Below, one piece after another: positions 47,236 to 56,896 of a stretch of DNA of 64,000 bases. The stretch is taken from NCBI GenBank assembly GCA_963727625.1, contig CAVSHR010000005.1:64001-128000 (forward strand). Direction: 5' to 3'. A program made the translations under genes and the position numbers. This DNA is from an uncultured delta proteobacterium (GTDB lineage Bacteria > Desulfobacterota > Binatia > UBA9968). Below the pieces are notes generated by a model. It saw only the letters and a list, made by a program, of their open reading frames with translations. It was not told the DNA's origin and made no database searches. How positions within the stretch are numbered: the first letter of the stretch is position 1; each line of letters begins with the position of its first letter.

Positions 47236-47886
47236 GTGAAAATCAGACCGGTCCTTATGGTCGTGGACATGCAAAACGGCTTTTGCGGCTTGGGCGGGAC
47301 CTTCGACAAGTTCGGTTTCAACATCGCTCCCTACCGCGCGATCATTCCCGCTTTGCAAAACCTTATCGCCGAGATGCGCCGCTTCGGCATGCCGGTGTAC
47401 TACTCGAAAGCGATCCGGGAAAAGTCGGGCTTGGACTGCATAGACAGGGTCCATCGGATTATTCCCGAGAGCCGGCGCGAGCGAATCGAGAAACTGCCGC
47501 TCTGTATCCGCGGGACCTGGGATAGTGACGTCATCGATGAACTCCGACCCGAACCCAACGACTTCATCGTCGAGAAGAGACGGGATTCCGTTTTTCAGGA
47601 CACAGAGTTCGATCTCTGGCTCAAGGCTTTTCGAGCCGATACGGTGATCTTCTGCGGCATCGATACCTACGTATGCGTCGAGAGTTCGGTCAGGGAAGCC
47701 TTCAACAAAGGGTACGACGTGATCGTCGCAAAAGACTGCGTCGCGTCGCGAAATCCGCGGCACCACGAAACCTCCCTCGATCAAGTCGAAGAAGCTTTCG
47801 GGTGGGTTTTGAATTCCGCCGAGCTGATCGAAAAAATCCAAACCGGCCAATTCGTTGTATCATCGGACGAGGAGGCGTCGGCCTGA
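47236..47886 (+). CDS. Isochorismatase-family cysteine hydrolase (amidase-like)
   Basis: VVDMQNGF, EKRRDS, GIDTYVCVES (Asp-Lys-Cys triad). Confidence 0.9.
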   Translation: MKIRPVLMVVDMQNGFCGLGGTFDKFGFNIAPYRAIIPALQNLIAEMRRFGMPVYYSKAIREKSGLDCIDRVHRIIPESRRERIEKLPLCIRGTWDSDVIDELRPEPNDFIVEKRRDSVFQDTEFDLWLKAFRADTVIFCGIDTYVCVESSVREAFNKGYDVIVAKDCVASRNPRHHETSLDQVEEAFGWVLNSAELIEKIQTGQFVVSSDEEASA

Positions 47887-47936
47887 GAGATTGGGTTTCG
47901 GCGACTCACTAAACTATCGCGGGAAGGACAATCAGC

Positions 47937-49247
47937 ATGGCGATTAGAAAATACGATTCCGCTCTCAGGGAAAACGTCCACATGTGGGTCAATAAGATCA
48001 AGACCGTCGACGTTCTGGTGGGCATTCCCTGCTTTAATAACGAGGATACCATTGGATTCGTGATCGAGCAGGTCAGCCGGGGATTGGCCGAGCATTTTCC
48101 CGATCTGAACACCGCGGTGTTTGTCTCCGACGGCGGGTCGCTGGACAACACACGGGAGTACGCTTATCAAGCCGCCGGGCCTGAAAACGTGCAGCGGCGT
48201 GTTACCATTTACCGGGGCATGCCTGGAAAGGGCACCGCCTTTCGCGCGATCTTCGAAGTCGCCACGTTGTTGCGGGCCAAAGCGGTGGCCGTCGTGGATT
48301 CCGATTTGCGTAGCATTACGCCGGAATGGGTCAAACTGCTGATCGAACCGATCCTCAATAAATCTGCCGGATTTGTGGTGCCGTTTTACCGGCGCCACAA
48401 GTTTGACGGCACCATCACCAATCAAATCGTTTACCCGATGACCCGCGCCCTATATGGCGTTGACGTTCGCCAGCCGATCGGCGGAGATTTCGGCTTCTCG
48501 CCTGAGCTCGCAGCGTTCTATATGAAGGAGGATGTTTGGGACACTGACATCGTGCGCTTCGGCATCGACATCTGGATGACCACCTGCGCCATCAACGAGG
48601 GCTATCCGGTGGTTCAAACTTATTTGGGGACAAAGGTGCATGATGCCAAGGACCCGGCGGCCGATCTTGGCCCCATGTTCCACCAGGTGATCAGCACGCT
48701 TTTTTATCTCATGGGCAAGTACGACCGCAATTGGCGCCGAGAAAACACCCTTAAGTTGATTCCGGTAAATAGCAAGAAGGACAGCGATGCCGAGTTGGCG
48801 CCGATTTCCGTGAGTCTGAACAGCCTCCATACGGAATTCGTTGAGGGATTCAACCACTTTCGTCCCATCTACGAGCAGATTCTCAGCCCCGAGAACTACG
48901 CCGCACTGGCCGACATCCACAAGGCATGGCAAGCAAACCAAGACCGAGAGATTCAACCCGAACTGTGGAGCAAGGTCCTGTACGACTTCGCTTGCGTGTA
49001 TCAACTGTGGAACCGAAACCGGCGCCACTTGGTGGATATGATCACGCCGCTGTACTTTGGCCGCACCAAAAGTTTTTGTCAGCAGGTGATGGATATGAAC
49101 TATGCCCAGGCCGAAGAGATGGTTTTGGCGCAGGCTAAAGTGTTCGAGCAGAACAAACCTTATCTCCTGCGCCGCTTCGCTGAGTGGAAGGCGAAAGAAG
49201 CGGAGGAACAGAAAACGGAAATCGAGGCATCCATCACAGGGGCCTAA
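47937..49247 (+). CDS. Glucosylglycerate/mannosylglycerate synthase-like glycosyltransferase (single-step Ggs/Mgs type)
   Basis: GIPCFNN, SDGGS, PGKGTA, DSDL, YRRHKFDGTITN, RQPIGGDFG, FGIDIWMT, KVHD. Confidence 0.82.
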   Translation: MAIRKYDSALRENVHMWVNKIKTVDVLVGIPCFNNEDTIGFVIEQVSRGLAEHFPDLNTAVFVSDGGSLDNTREYAYQAAGPENVQRRVTIYRGMPGKGTAFRAIFEVATLLRAKAVAVVDSDLRSITPEWVKLLIEPILNKSAGFVVPFYRRHKFDGTITNQIVYPMTRALYGVDVRQPIGGDFGFSPELAAFYMKEDVWDTDIVRFGIDIWMTTCAINEGYPVVQTYLGTKVHDAKDPAADLGPMFHQVISTLFYLMGKYDRNWRRENTLKLIPVNSKKDSDAELAPISVSLNSLHTEFVEGFNHFRPIYEQILSPENYAALADIHKAWQANQDREIQPELWSKVLYDFACVYQLWNRNRRHLVDMITPLYFGRTKSFCQQVMDMNYAQAEEMVLAQAKVFEQNKPYLLRRFAEWKAKEAEEQKTEIEASITGA

Positions 49248-50260
49248 TCCCGCAACGGCAAGGCTATCGGCCCACGGGTCTCGGCCGAGCGATAGGCCGC
49301 AATCATGATTTCGAGCGCCGCCCGCGCGTCTGCCCCGGTGATTGCGGGCTCGTGATCTTCCTCGACGGCGGAAATAAACTCGTTGACCAACCAGCTTATA
49401 TCGGCGCGCCACCAGGGTACTCGCTCGCCCTTGCTCCCGTCGGCCAGTTCGAAATCATGATAGGGTTTGCTGATCAGAGCGGCTCCTTGCGTGCCCAACA
49501 CTTCAAAGCTTACGCTAAGCCAGGTCGGATTTCCCGCGGGGTTGGCCCAGCCGCTTTGCTGGGAAGCAACCACCCCGTTTTGAAATTCGATCAGCATCGT
49601 GCCGATATCGTCGAGATCGATGTCGGTGTGAATCATTCGGTCGATCCTGGCGTAGACACTTTTCGCTTCCGCTCCCGCCAACCAGCGCAGTGCATCGATG
49701 GCATGAATACCGATGTCGCCGAACCCCCCGAAGCCCGCCCGGGTCTTGTCGAAAAACCAGCTGGTGTCGAGCCCCGCAATACCACGGGGAATTTTGCCGT
49801 ACTTGGTCGCATGGATATGCTTGAGCTCTCCGAGCTCGCCCCGATCAATCAGTTCTTTGAGTTTTATCACCGGCAGCTGATAGCGAGGATTAAAGGGGAC
49901 CATCAACTTGACGCGGTGCTTGTGGGTGAGATCGAGGATCTTATCTGCGTCTTGCAGCGTGGTAGCCAGAGGCTTATCGCACAAGATGTGAATTCCCCGC
50001 GGCGCCAGCTCTTGGACAACACTGAGGTGTTGGTCGGGAGGGGTGCCGACGTAGGCGGCGTCAATCCTCTCTCCGTCCCGTAGCGGCCCGAGCGCTTCGA
50101 GATATCTTGCCCCGAACCGTGTGGCATCCTGCCGAGCGAGCGGCCGATTAAGTCCCGGAGCTACGATCGCCGCAAGCCGGGCCCGCGGATGTTCCGCGAT
50201 TGCTGGGACATAGCGCGGCAGGTGCGCATGGTCGTATCCAACGATGGCAAAATTCAGCAT
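49244..50260 (-). CDS. Gfo/Idh/MocA family oxidoreductase
   Basis: HILCDKP, GFGGFGDIGIHAID. Confidence 0.9.
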   Translation of the reverse strand: MLNFAIVGYDHAHLPRYVPAIAEHPRARLAAIVAPGLNRPLARQDATRFGARYLEALGPLRDGERIDAAYVGTPPDQHLSVVQELAPRGIHILCDKPLATTLQDADKILDLTHKHRVKLMVPFNPRYQLPVIKLKELIDRGELGELKHIHATKYGKIPRGIAGLDTSWFFDKTRAGFGGFGDIGIHAIDALRWLAGAEAKSVYARIDRMIHTDIDLDDIGTMLIEFQNGVVASQQSGWANPAGNPTWLSVSFEVLGTQGAALISKPYHDFELADGSKGERVPWWRADISWLVNEFISAVEEDHEPAITGADARAALEIMIAAYRSAETRGPIALPLRD

Positions 50261-51282
50261 GGTACGGCTCCCCTGAGCGCGACCGGTTGTCCGGTGGCGG
50301 CGGATTCGAGAGCTTTGGCGATTACTTCGACGGCGCGGTAGGCATCATCGAGAGTGATTCTCGGTGCGATCTTACGGGAGATACCGTCGATGAAATGGGC
50401 CAACTCGCCGACAAAGGCTTCAGGATATGTGCTGAGCAGCGGCGAGTATCGCGGCACCTCGGGTCTCTCTTTAATCACCAGCAGCGGCGCGGAGTCATGG
50501 TCCGTGAGCGTCAGTTTTCCTTTGGTCCCAATAATTTCGAGCGAGGAATAAAACGGGGCATATTCTTTAGGGTGCGCCCAGCTCACCTCCATGAGCCCTT
50601 GCTGTCCCTTGGAAAAGCCGACTTGCACGAGCGCAAAATCGAGGCAGCCTTTCTTGCGCGCCTCTGCGCGCACCGAGAGACCTTTCGTGTACACTTCGGT
50701 AGCGTCCGAATCGAAAAACCACGCGAAAAGATCGGCGACATGGACACCGAGATCCATAAGCACGCCGCCGTTGTGCGGATCCCACCGCCAGCTGTCTTCG
50801 GCGAATCCCGCCCAGCTGCGCTCGCTCCAGTGCATAGAGACCGGTTCGCCAATACGACCGGCTGCAAGTTGCTCTTTCACCCCGACCCAGCGGCGGTCGA
50901 AGCGGCGGGTGTGGCCGATGTAGAGATGGCGGCCGGATTCTTTGGCCGCCTCGATCATGCGCGCGGCATCCTCGATCTTCAGGGCCATGGGTTTTTCACA
51001 GATGACATGCTTGCCGGCGCGCAGCGCTTTGATCGCCAGCTCCGCATGGCTGGGATGAGGCGTGCAGATGTCGACGAGATCGATACCATCGCTGGCCAGC
51101 AGCTCATCGAGGGAAGAAAAAGACTTCGTGATACCCAGCTCCGCCCTGGCCTGATCCGCCCGTTCCTTGATGATATCGCAGGTCGCGATCACCCGCGCCT
51201 GTGGAATTTGCCGCCAGGCGGGGGCGTGCGCTAGGCGGAAGATACCTCCGGTGCCGAGAATCGCGACCTTGAGATCGTTCAT
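50254..51282 (-). CDS. Gfo/Idh/MocA family oxidoreductase
   Basis: GTGGIF, GKHVICEKP, GGVLMDLGVH. Confidence 0.92.
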   Translation of the reverse strand: MNDLKVAILGTGGIFRLAHAPAWRQIPQARVIATCDIIKERADQARAELGITKSFSSLDELLASDGIDLVDICTPHPSHAELAIKALRAGKHVICEKPMALKIEDAARMIEAAKESGRHLYIGHTRRFDRRWVGVKEQLAAGRIGEPVSMHWSERSWAGFAEDSWRWDPHNGGVLMDLGVHVADLFAWFFDSDATEVYTKGLSVRAEARKKGCLDFALVQVGFSKGQQGLMEVSWAHPKEYAPFYSSLEIIGTKGKLTLTDHDSAPLLVIKERPEVPRYSPLLSTYPEAFVGELAHFIDGISRKIAPRITLDDAYRAVEVIAKALESAATGQPVALRGAVPC

Positions 51283-52892
51283 TGAGCTAGGCCCTTCGCT
51301 TCGCTCGTGCCGTCGAAAATGTGAATCTGGTGTTGACGGGTGATCTCGACCAAGAACGCGGCCATCTCCGGAGTACCGTATTTTTCTTCCAGGTAACGAT
51401 AATTGCTGCCGTAGTCAGTTACCGAGATATCGGGCACTTCGCGGCCGGAAAAATGCTTTTCAGCTAGAGATTGAATGATGGCGGGAATCGCGCTGCCGTC
51501 CTGAGCCCGGACCTTTTCGCCTTTGGCGATAAAGGGCGGGACCCCCTGCCGCAGGGCGAATTCCCGATGCACCCACTTGCGCACCGCGTCCTCGGCGTCT
51601 TTGACCTTGAGCCGAGGCGAAATCTGCATGGCCGTGCGGATGACATCCCGATCCAAAAACGGAGCTCGCAGCTCGATGCTGTGCGCCATAGTCATCCGAT
51701 CCTCCCGCTCCAAAGTGTCCAGATATAATTGGCTGATGTCCTCCCACATGCGCTTATGCAGAGTCAGGTGGCCGTGCTCGGCGACGACGTTGCAGTACCA
51801 GGAATAACCACCGAACAGCTCGTCCGCACCCTGCCCGCTCAATAAAACTTTATGGCCGTCCGCAGCGGCCATTCTCGCCGCCAAGAACATCGGCACCGCC
51901 GCTTCGACCTGTACCATGCCGTTAAGCTCAATGGCTTCGATGACCGCGGGCAGCACATCCTCAACGACCTCGTCGCTGAGGTAAGTCGTCCGCAGAGGAA
52001 TATTCATTAGCTCTGCGGACTGTGTCGCGTTCTCCACGTCCAGAGAGCCGCGCACACCGGCGCAGTAACCGGTGACGTCGACGCCGCGGTTCTTGACCGC
52101 CTTGGCGACCAGGGTGCTGTCAACTCCGCCCGACAGCAACACCGCTGCCCGGTTCAGTCCAAATACCCGCTTATCCATCGCTCGATCGAAGACGATACCG
52201 TACTCGCGGATCGCGCTTTCCATATCGGTCAAGCGGATCGCAGATTCCTCGACCCGATAGCCTTCTTGCACTGAAATGCGATTGCAGTCGACGATAAGCA
52301 TATCGCCGGGATGAAGCCTCTCGATTTCACGGCCCGCTCCCCTGAGCGCTTTGGGCTCAGAAGCGAAATAGAACGGAAATCCCTCAACGTAATAGACCGG
52401 CTTCTTGCCGACGGGATCGCGGGCGACGACAACACATCTCCCGTCCGTCACCGCAAAGGCGTACATCCCGTCGAGCAGCGGCATGGCCTGCTTCACGGCC
52501 GCGGGCAGATCTCCCTGATAAAACTCCTCGATCAAATGCACGAGTATTTCGCTATCGCTATCCGTGAGGACGCGGTGATGCGCGAGCAGCTGGCGCAGTT
52601 CGCGGTAATTGTAGATTTCACCGTTGTGGATGAGCGACAACTTTCCATGGCAGGAAGAAAGCGGCTGCAATCCCGTCGGACCGCCGACGATTTCGAGCCG
52701 GGCGTGACCGAGACAAATCATGCCGGTGCGCGGCGGCTTGGAAATTTGCGACAATCCTTCTCCCTGTTCGATTCTCCCATCGACGTATAAGCCCACCGCG
52801 TCCGGCCCGCGGTGGCGGGTCTGAGTGAGCATGGACAGAGCCTCTCCAACATTCCTTGGCCGCTTATCGACAAAACCGATAATCGAACACAT
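51279..52892 (-). CDS. Asparagine synthetase B-like glutamine amidotransferase
   Basis: N-terminal (M)C, HRGPD, HNGEIYN, LSGGVDS PP-loop, GQGADELFGGY, ELRAPFLD; AAGGAGG RBS. Confidence 0.92.
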   Translation of the reverse strand: MCSIIGFVDKRPRNVGEALSMLTQTRHRGPDAVGLYVDGRIEQGEGLSQISKPPRTGMICLGHARLEIVGGPTGLQPLSSCHGKLSLIHNGEIYNYRELRQLLAHHRVLTDSDSEILVHLIEEFYQGDLPAAVKQAMPLLDGMYAFAVTDGRCVVVARDPVGKKPVYYVEGFPFYFASEPKALRGAGREIERLHPGDMLIVDCNRISVQEGYRVEESAIRLTDMESAIREYGIVFDRAMDKRVFGLNRAAVLLSGGVDSTLVAKAVKNRGVDVTGYCAGVRGSLDVENATQSAELMNIPLRTTYLSDEVVEDVLPAVIEAIELNGMVQVEAAVPMFLAARMAAADGHKVLLSGQGADELFGGYSWYCNVVAEHGHLTLHKRMWEDISQLYLDTLEREDRMTMAHSIELRAPFLDRDVIRTAMQISPRLKVKDAEDAVRKWVHREFALRQGVPPFIAKGEKVRAQDGSAIPAIIQSLAEKHFSGREVPDISVTDYGSNYRYLEEKYGTPEMAAFLVEITRQHQIHIFDGTSEAKGLAQ

Positions 52893-53595
52893 GGGCTGAC
52901 GCCTCCTTGTTTAATCGTTGGCAGATCAAGGTGAATTTATTCGTAATCATGATCTTTAGGGGAAGAACCCGATAGCGTGCGATAATCAGGCGTAAAAAAA
53001 TTCAGGGCTTTTCTCACTTCCGGAAAAACAGCGCCGGAACGGGAAAAGCCCTGAAATAATTTTTTAGAAACTAATTCACGAGACCTTTTTAAGCTAACAT
53101 CTCGACTCTGGCCTGTCAAACTAAACATCCTTCGAGTCGTGGCTCAGTTTGAGCGCACCGAGCAATCCTTTTGTCACAAACGTTGCACCGCGGATTCGAT
53201 CCTGAGCCCCACCGGAAGACCCCGAATGACAAAGAAGGCGAACCGTCGTTTCGAACTCTTCGATCGGGACACAGGGTAAACTTCATGGGCGAGCTTGAAC
53301 TAACTCAATCACGAGTATCCCTCGCCGCGACGCCGCGGCATTTCAAACATCTCCGCAAGGCAGATTACGTTGCTGCAGAGCCGCAGCTTCAACGCCGCCG
53401 AGAAACAAATTTTGCGCGATCGCGCCGTCGTTTTTTTCTTCTTTCAGGTTGTATAAACCCAGGCGATTAAATATAACCGATGAAGAAACTTCTTTGGCCG
53501 TGCGTCGCAGACGTTTCCGTCTATTTATTCCTCGCTGTTGCATTTATCGGGTACAGTGCCTGCGCCGCAAATCAGGCGGCATCGATGGATGATCC

Positions 53596-55458
53596 ATGGA
53601 ACTGTTTAAGAAGATTCTCATTCCTCTGACCGGTCCCGACCAGGTTTTGCCGTACTTCAAGCTGGCGGCGGCGCTGCTGCCGCCGGAGGGAAAAATTTTG
53701 GCGCTCGGCGTCGTGCGGGTTCCGGAAGAAAACTCCCTCAGTGAGGGAGCTGAAGAGGCGCTGCGCTTTCGGGCAACCCTGGAAGAGTGCAAACCGCAGT
53801 TTCCGGACGAACGGGTCGAGTTGAAAACAATCGTGCGGGTGACTCACCATCTCTCCGAAGGAATCGCGGAAACAGCCAAGCAGGAGTCCTGTGATCTTTT
53901 GTTGCTGCCCTGGAAGGGCTATGCCGCTTCGCAAGAACATCTCTTCGGGGCGACGATCGATCGCTTGCTCGATCAACCCCCGTGCGCGATCGCGGTTGTG
54001 CGATTGGAAGGATTCGCGGAGTGTCGCAATATCCTTCTTCCGGTTCGCGGCGGGCCTTATGCGGAATTCGCCCTCGCGGTCGCGAGTGGCCTGGCTCAGT
54101 CTTTGGGCGCTGAAGTAACCGTGCTGCATTGCGAGACAACATTCTCTGAAGCAGAAATCGAGGATTACCCTTATCGCTCGTTTTTGCACAAACTGCGGGG
54201 CCATCCTCAGGTCAGACGGCTGCTTACCGTTCAAGGCGATCCGAAGCATGCGATCGTCCAAGAAGCAAAAAGACATGACATGGTCGTGGTCGGTGCGGGC
54301 GCGAGCACCGAGCCGACCGCTTCGTTTTTGGGTCCGGTCGTGGAGCGGATCGCAATCGAGTCGCAGACACCCCTGCTCGTGATCAAAACGCCGGGCTCTC
54401 TCAAGCCGTGGCTGCGGCCAGAGCATGACTTGGGCAGTCGGCCCAAACCTCTGTCCGAAAGGGTGGACAAATGGTTTGCCGAAAACACTTTTCATCGCGG
54501 CGAGTTCAACGATCTGCAAAAACTGGTGGACCTTAAGCTTAAGCAACAATTGACCGTTAGCCTTGGCTTGCCTGCTTTGAACGAAGCGGAGACCGTGGGA
54601 AGGATCATCGGCACTATCAAAAAAGCCCTTGTGGACGAAGTACCGCTGTTGGACGAAATTGTCCTGATTGACTCCCGTTCCACCGACGATACCGTCGCGA
54701 TTGCCCGCGATCTTGGCATCGACGCCTTCGCGCATCAGGACATTCTGCCGCAGTACGGGGAGAGACGAGGCAAGGGTGAAGCTTTGTGGAAGAGCCTCCA
54801 TCTGCTCAAGGGCGACCTGATCGTTTGGATCGACACCGACATCAAGAACATTCACCCGGGCTTCGTCTACGGTATCCTCGGGCCACTCCTGACGGAACCG
54901 GAAATCCAGTACGTCAAAGGTTTTTATCGCCGCCCGATCAATGTCGGGGACAAAACCTACGCGGAAGGTGGCGGGCGCGTCACCGAGCTTACGGCCCGGC
55001 CGCTCTTCAATCTCTTTTTTCCCGAACTATCGGGAATCATCCAGCCGCTGGCCGGCGAATACGGAGGGCGCAGGTCGGTGCTCGAACGGGTTCCTTTTTT
55101 TGTCGGATACGGCGTCGAGACCGGCCTATTGATTGATCTTTTCAGTCAGTACGGCCTGCAGGCAATTGCTCAGGTCGATCTAGAAGAGCGCATCCACCGT
55201 AATCAGTCTCTCCCAGCGCTGAGCCAGATGGCGTTTGCGATCATCCAGGTGTTCATTCAGCGGCTTGAGGAAAAGAACCGGATCAAGTTGATGGAAGAAG
55301 TCAATCAAAGTATGAAGCTCATCCGGCACAAAGAATCCACCTACGCGCTCGACGTCAAAGACATTCGAGACCAGGAGCGTCCGCCGATAATTTCGGTTCC
55401 AGAATACCGTGAGCAACGCCGGCAATCGTCCGCCGCCGGAGGCGCCACGCGCATTTGA
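53596..55458 (+). CDS. gpgS: Glucosyl-3-phosphoglycerate synthase fused to two N-terminal universal stress protein (USP) domains
   Basis: FKKILIP and NILLPVRGGP USP repeats, then LPALNEAETVG, DSRSTD, GKGEALWKS, DTDI, GGGRVTELTARP, QPLAGEY, HRNQ. Confidence 0.88.
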   Translation: MELFKKILIPLTGPDQVLPYFKLAAALLPPEGKILALGVVRVPEENSLSEGAEEALRFRATLEECKPQFPDERVELKTIVRVTHHLSEGIAETAKQESCDLLLLPWKGYAASQEHLFGATIDRLLDQPPCAIAVVRLEGFAECRNILLPVRGGPYAEFALAVASGLAQSLGAEVTVLHCETTFSEAEIEDYPYRSFLHKLRGHPQVRRLLTVQGDPKHAIVQEAKRHDMVVVGAGASTEPTASFLGPVVERIAIESQTPLLVIKTPGSLKPWLRPEHDLGSRPKPLSERVDKWFAENTFHRGEFNDLQKLVDLKLKQQLTVSLGLPALNEAETVGRIIGTIKKALVDEVPLLDEIVLIDSRSTDDTVAIARDLGIDAFAHQDILPQYGERRGKGEALWKSLHLLKGDLIVWIDTDIKNIHPGFVYGILGPLLTEPEIQYVKGFYRRPINVGDKTYAEGGGRVTELTARPLFNLFFPELSGIIQPLAGEYGGRRSVLERVPFFVGYGVETGLLIDLFSQYGLQAIAQVDLEERIHRNQSLPALSQMAFAIIQVFIQRLEEKNRIKLMEEVNQSMKLIRHKESTYALDVKDIRDQERPPIISVPEYREQRRQSSAAGGATRI

Positions 55459-56306
55459 ACACCGCGCACCTCATCGTTATCACCGACCTCGATGGCACCC
55501 TTTTGGATGCCGATAGCTACCGGTACGACGCCAGCTTGCCGGCCGTGCGCAGACTTCAGGCGCTAGGAATCCCTCTCATCCTCTGTTCGAGCAAGACGGC
55601 GAGCGAGATCAAACGTTTGCGGCGGGAGTTGGGGCTCAGAGATCCGTTCATCTGCGAAAACGGCGGCGCCGTGTATTTTCCAAAAGGCTATTTCCCCTTT
55701 CCCGTCGCCGACGCGAAAGTTCAAGGAGATCTGGAAACGATCGCCCTCGGAACGGAAATCACAGTCCTGCGCCGCGCGTTGAAAGAAAGCATCCATGGCC
55801 TGACCCTGCGCGTTCGCTCCTTCGGCGAGATGAGCGTCGAGGACGTTTCGCAATTGACGGGACTTCCAAGGGAGCAGGCCTCATTGGCCCTGCAGCGCGA
55901 GTATGACGAGCCGTTTACCCTTGAAGGCAAAGACTCGGAGCGGCTGTTCGCGGTTCTCCGAAGCAGAGGCTTGCCCGTGACCTTTGGGGGGCGACTGTAC
56001 CATCTGACCGGAGGACACGACAAAGGTCACGCGGTGAGACGGCTTCACGCACTCTATCGCAAGCTCGATCCCGCTTGCGTCAGCGTGGGACTTGGCAACT
56101 CGGCGAACGATCTGCCGCTGCTTCGGGAAGTCGATCGTCCGATCCTGATTCGAAACGCCGATGGGTCCTATGACAAAGACGTGCTACGGGCGATGCCGCA
56201 GGTCGACAGACCGCTGGAGCGCGGCCCCGTTGGCTGGAGCGCGGCTATCGCGAAAATTCTCGCCGAAAACGAGCCGCAAGGCAGAACAAGCCAACCGGAA
56301 AAATAA
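55455..56306 (+). CDS. Glucosyl/mannosyl-3-phosphoglycerate phosphatase (HAD IIB)
   Basis: TDLDGTLL, CSSKT, ENGG, REYDEPF, GGRLYHL, DKG, GNSANDLPLL; translationally coupled to gpgS. Confidence 0.9.
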   Translation: MNTAHLIVITDLDGTLLDADSYRYDASLPAVRRLQALGIPLILCSSKTASEIKRLRRELGLRDPFICENGGAVYFPKGYFPFPVADAKVQGDLETIALGTEITVLRRALKESIHGLTLRVRSFGEMSVEDVSQLTGLPREQASLALQREYDEPFTLEGKDSERLFAVLRSRGLPVTFGGRLYHLTGGHDKGHAVRRLHALYRKLDPACVSVGLGNSANDLPLLREVDRPILIRNADGSYDKDVLRAMPQVDRPLERGPVGWSAAIAKILAENEPQGRTSQPEK

Positions 56307-56489
56307 GCTTGAGAACTCCGACGGTAACAGCGCATAACAATCCGTCTCTTTTTCAAAGCGAATCTCGGTTGGCGCATTTTCAACGACTCGGCCGAATTAG
56401 AATACGCCGCGCCAATCCCGGAAAGTATCGTATCGCACCGCCCCTATATCAACTTCGGCAGGCCGTTGTTCTGCGGTTCGTAGCCGGGA

Positions 56490-56750
56490 GCTTCCTTGCG
56501 GCGCCGATGGCGCCGCCGATCTATTGATCGTACCACTTCGTGCCCACCTCCTCGTTGTACCATTTCACCTGCTCGGTTCCGTCCGCGGCCTGATCCTTGA
56601 CCGACTCGTCAAATCGCCGCACGTTGGTTTCCACTTGCGGTTCGGCGGTAAAGCTTCGTCCGCGGGCTTGTTCCAGGTACCGTCGAAGCACAAAACGACT
56701 CTCTTCCTGGCAAAACCTCTTCGTCGGACTAGTTTACTTTTTCGCGGCAA
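56490..56750 (-). pseudogene. DUF2235 (alpha/beta-hydrolase, Tle1-like) N-terminal remnant
   Basis: KRVVLCFDGTWN, then a frameshift to ETNVRRF...QVKWYNEEVGTKWYD and a stop. Confidence 0.75.
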
Positions 56751-56896
56751 CTCATGCGACCACCGCGGTCGGTAGCGACCCGCAGCTCAGCTGCGACTTA
56801 TCGACGCAGCTTCGTTATCCGGACCAATGGTTTTCCCGAGCTTCGCAGGAAAGCGACAATTGCGATTGGACGCGAGCGCTCCGGCCAGCCGATTAA

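Noticed and set aside
52900-53590. Small ORFs or a regulatory RNA in the 700-bp divergent gap
   Set aside because: No family motif, and no copy of the ECF or sigma54 motif found; probably promoters plus decayed sequence.
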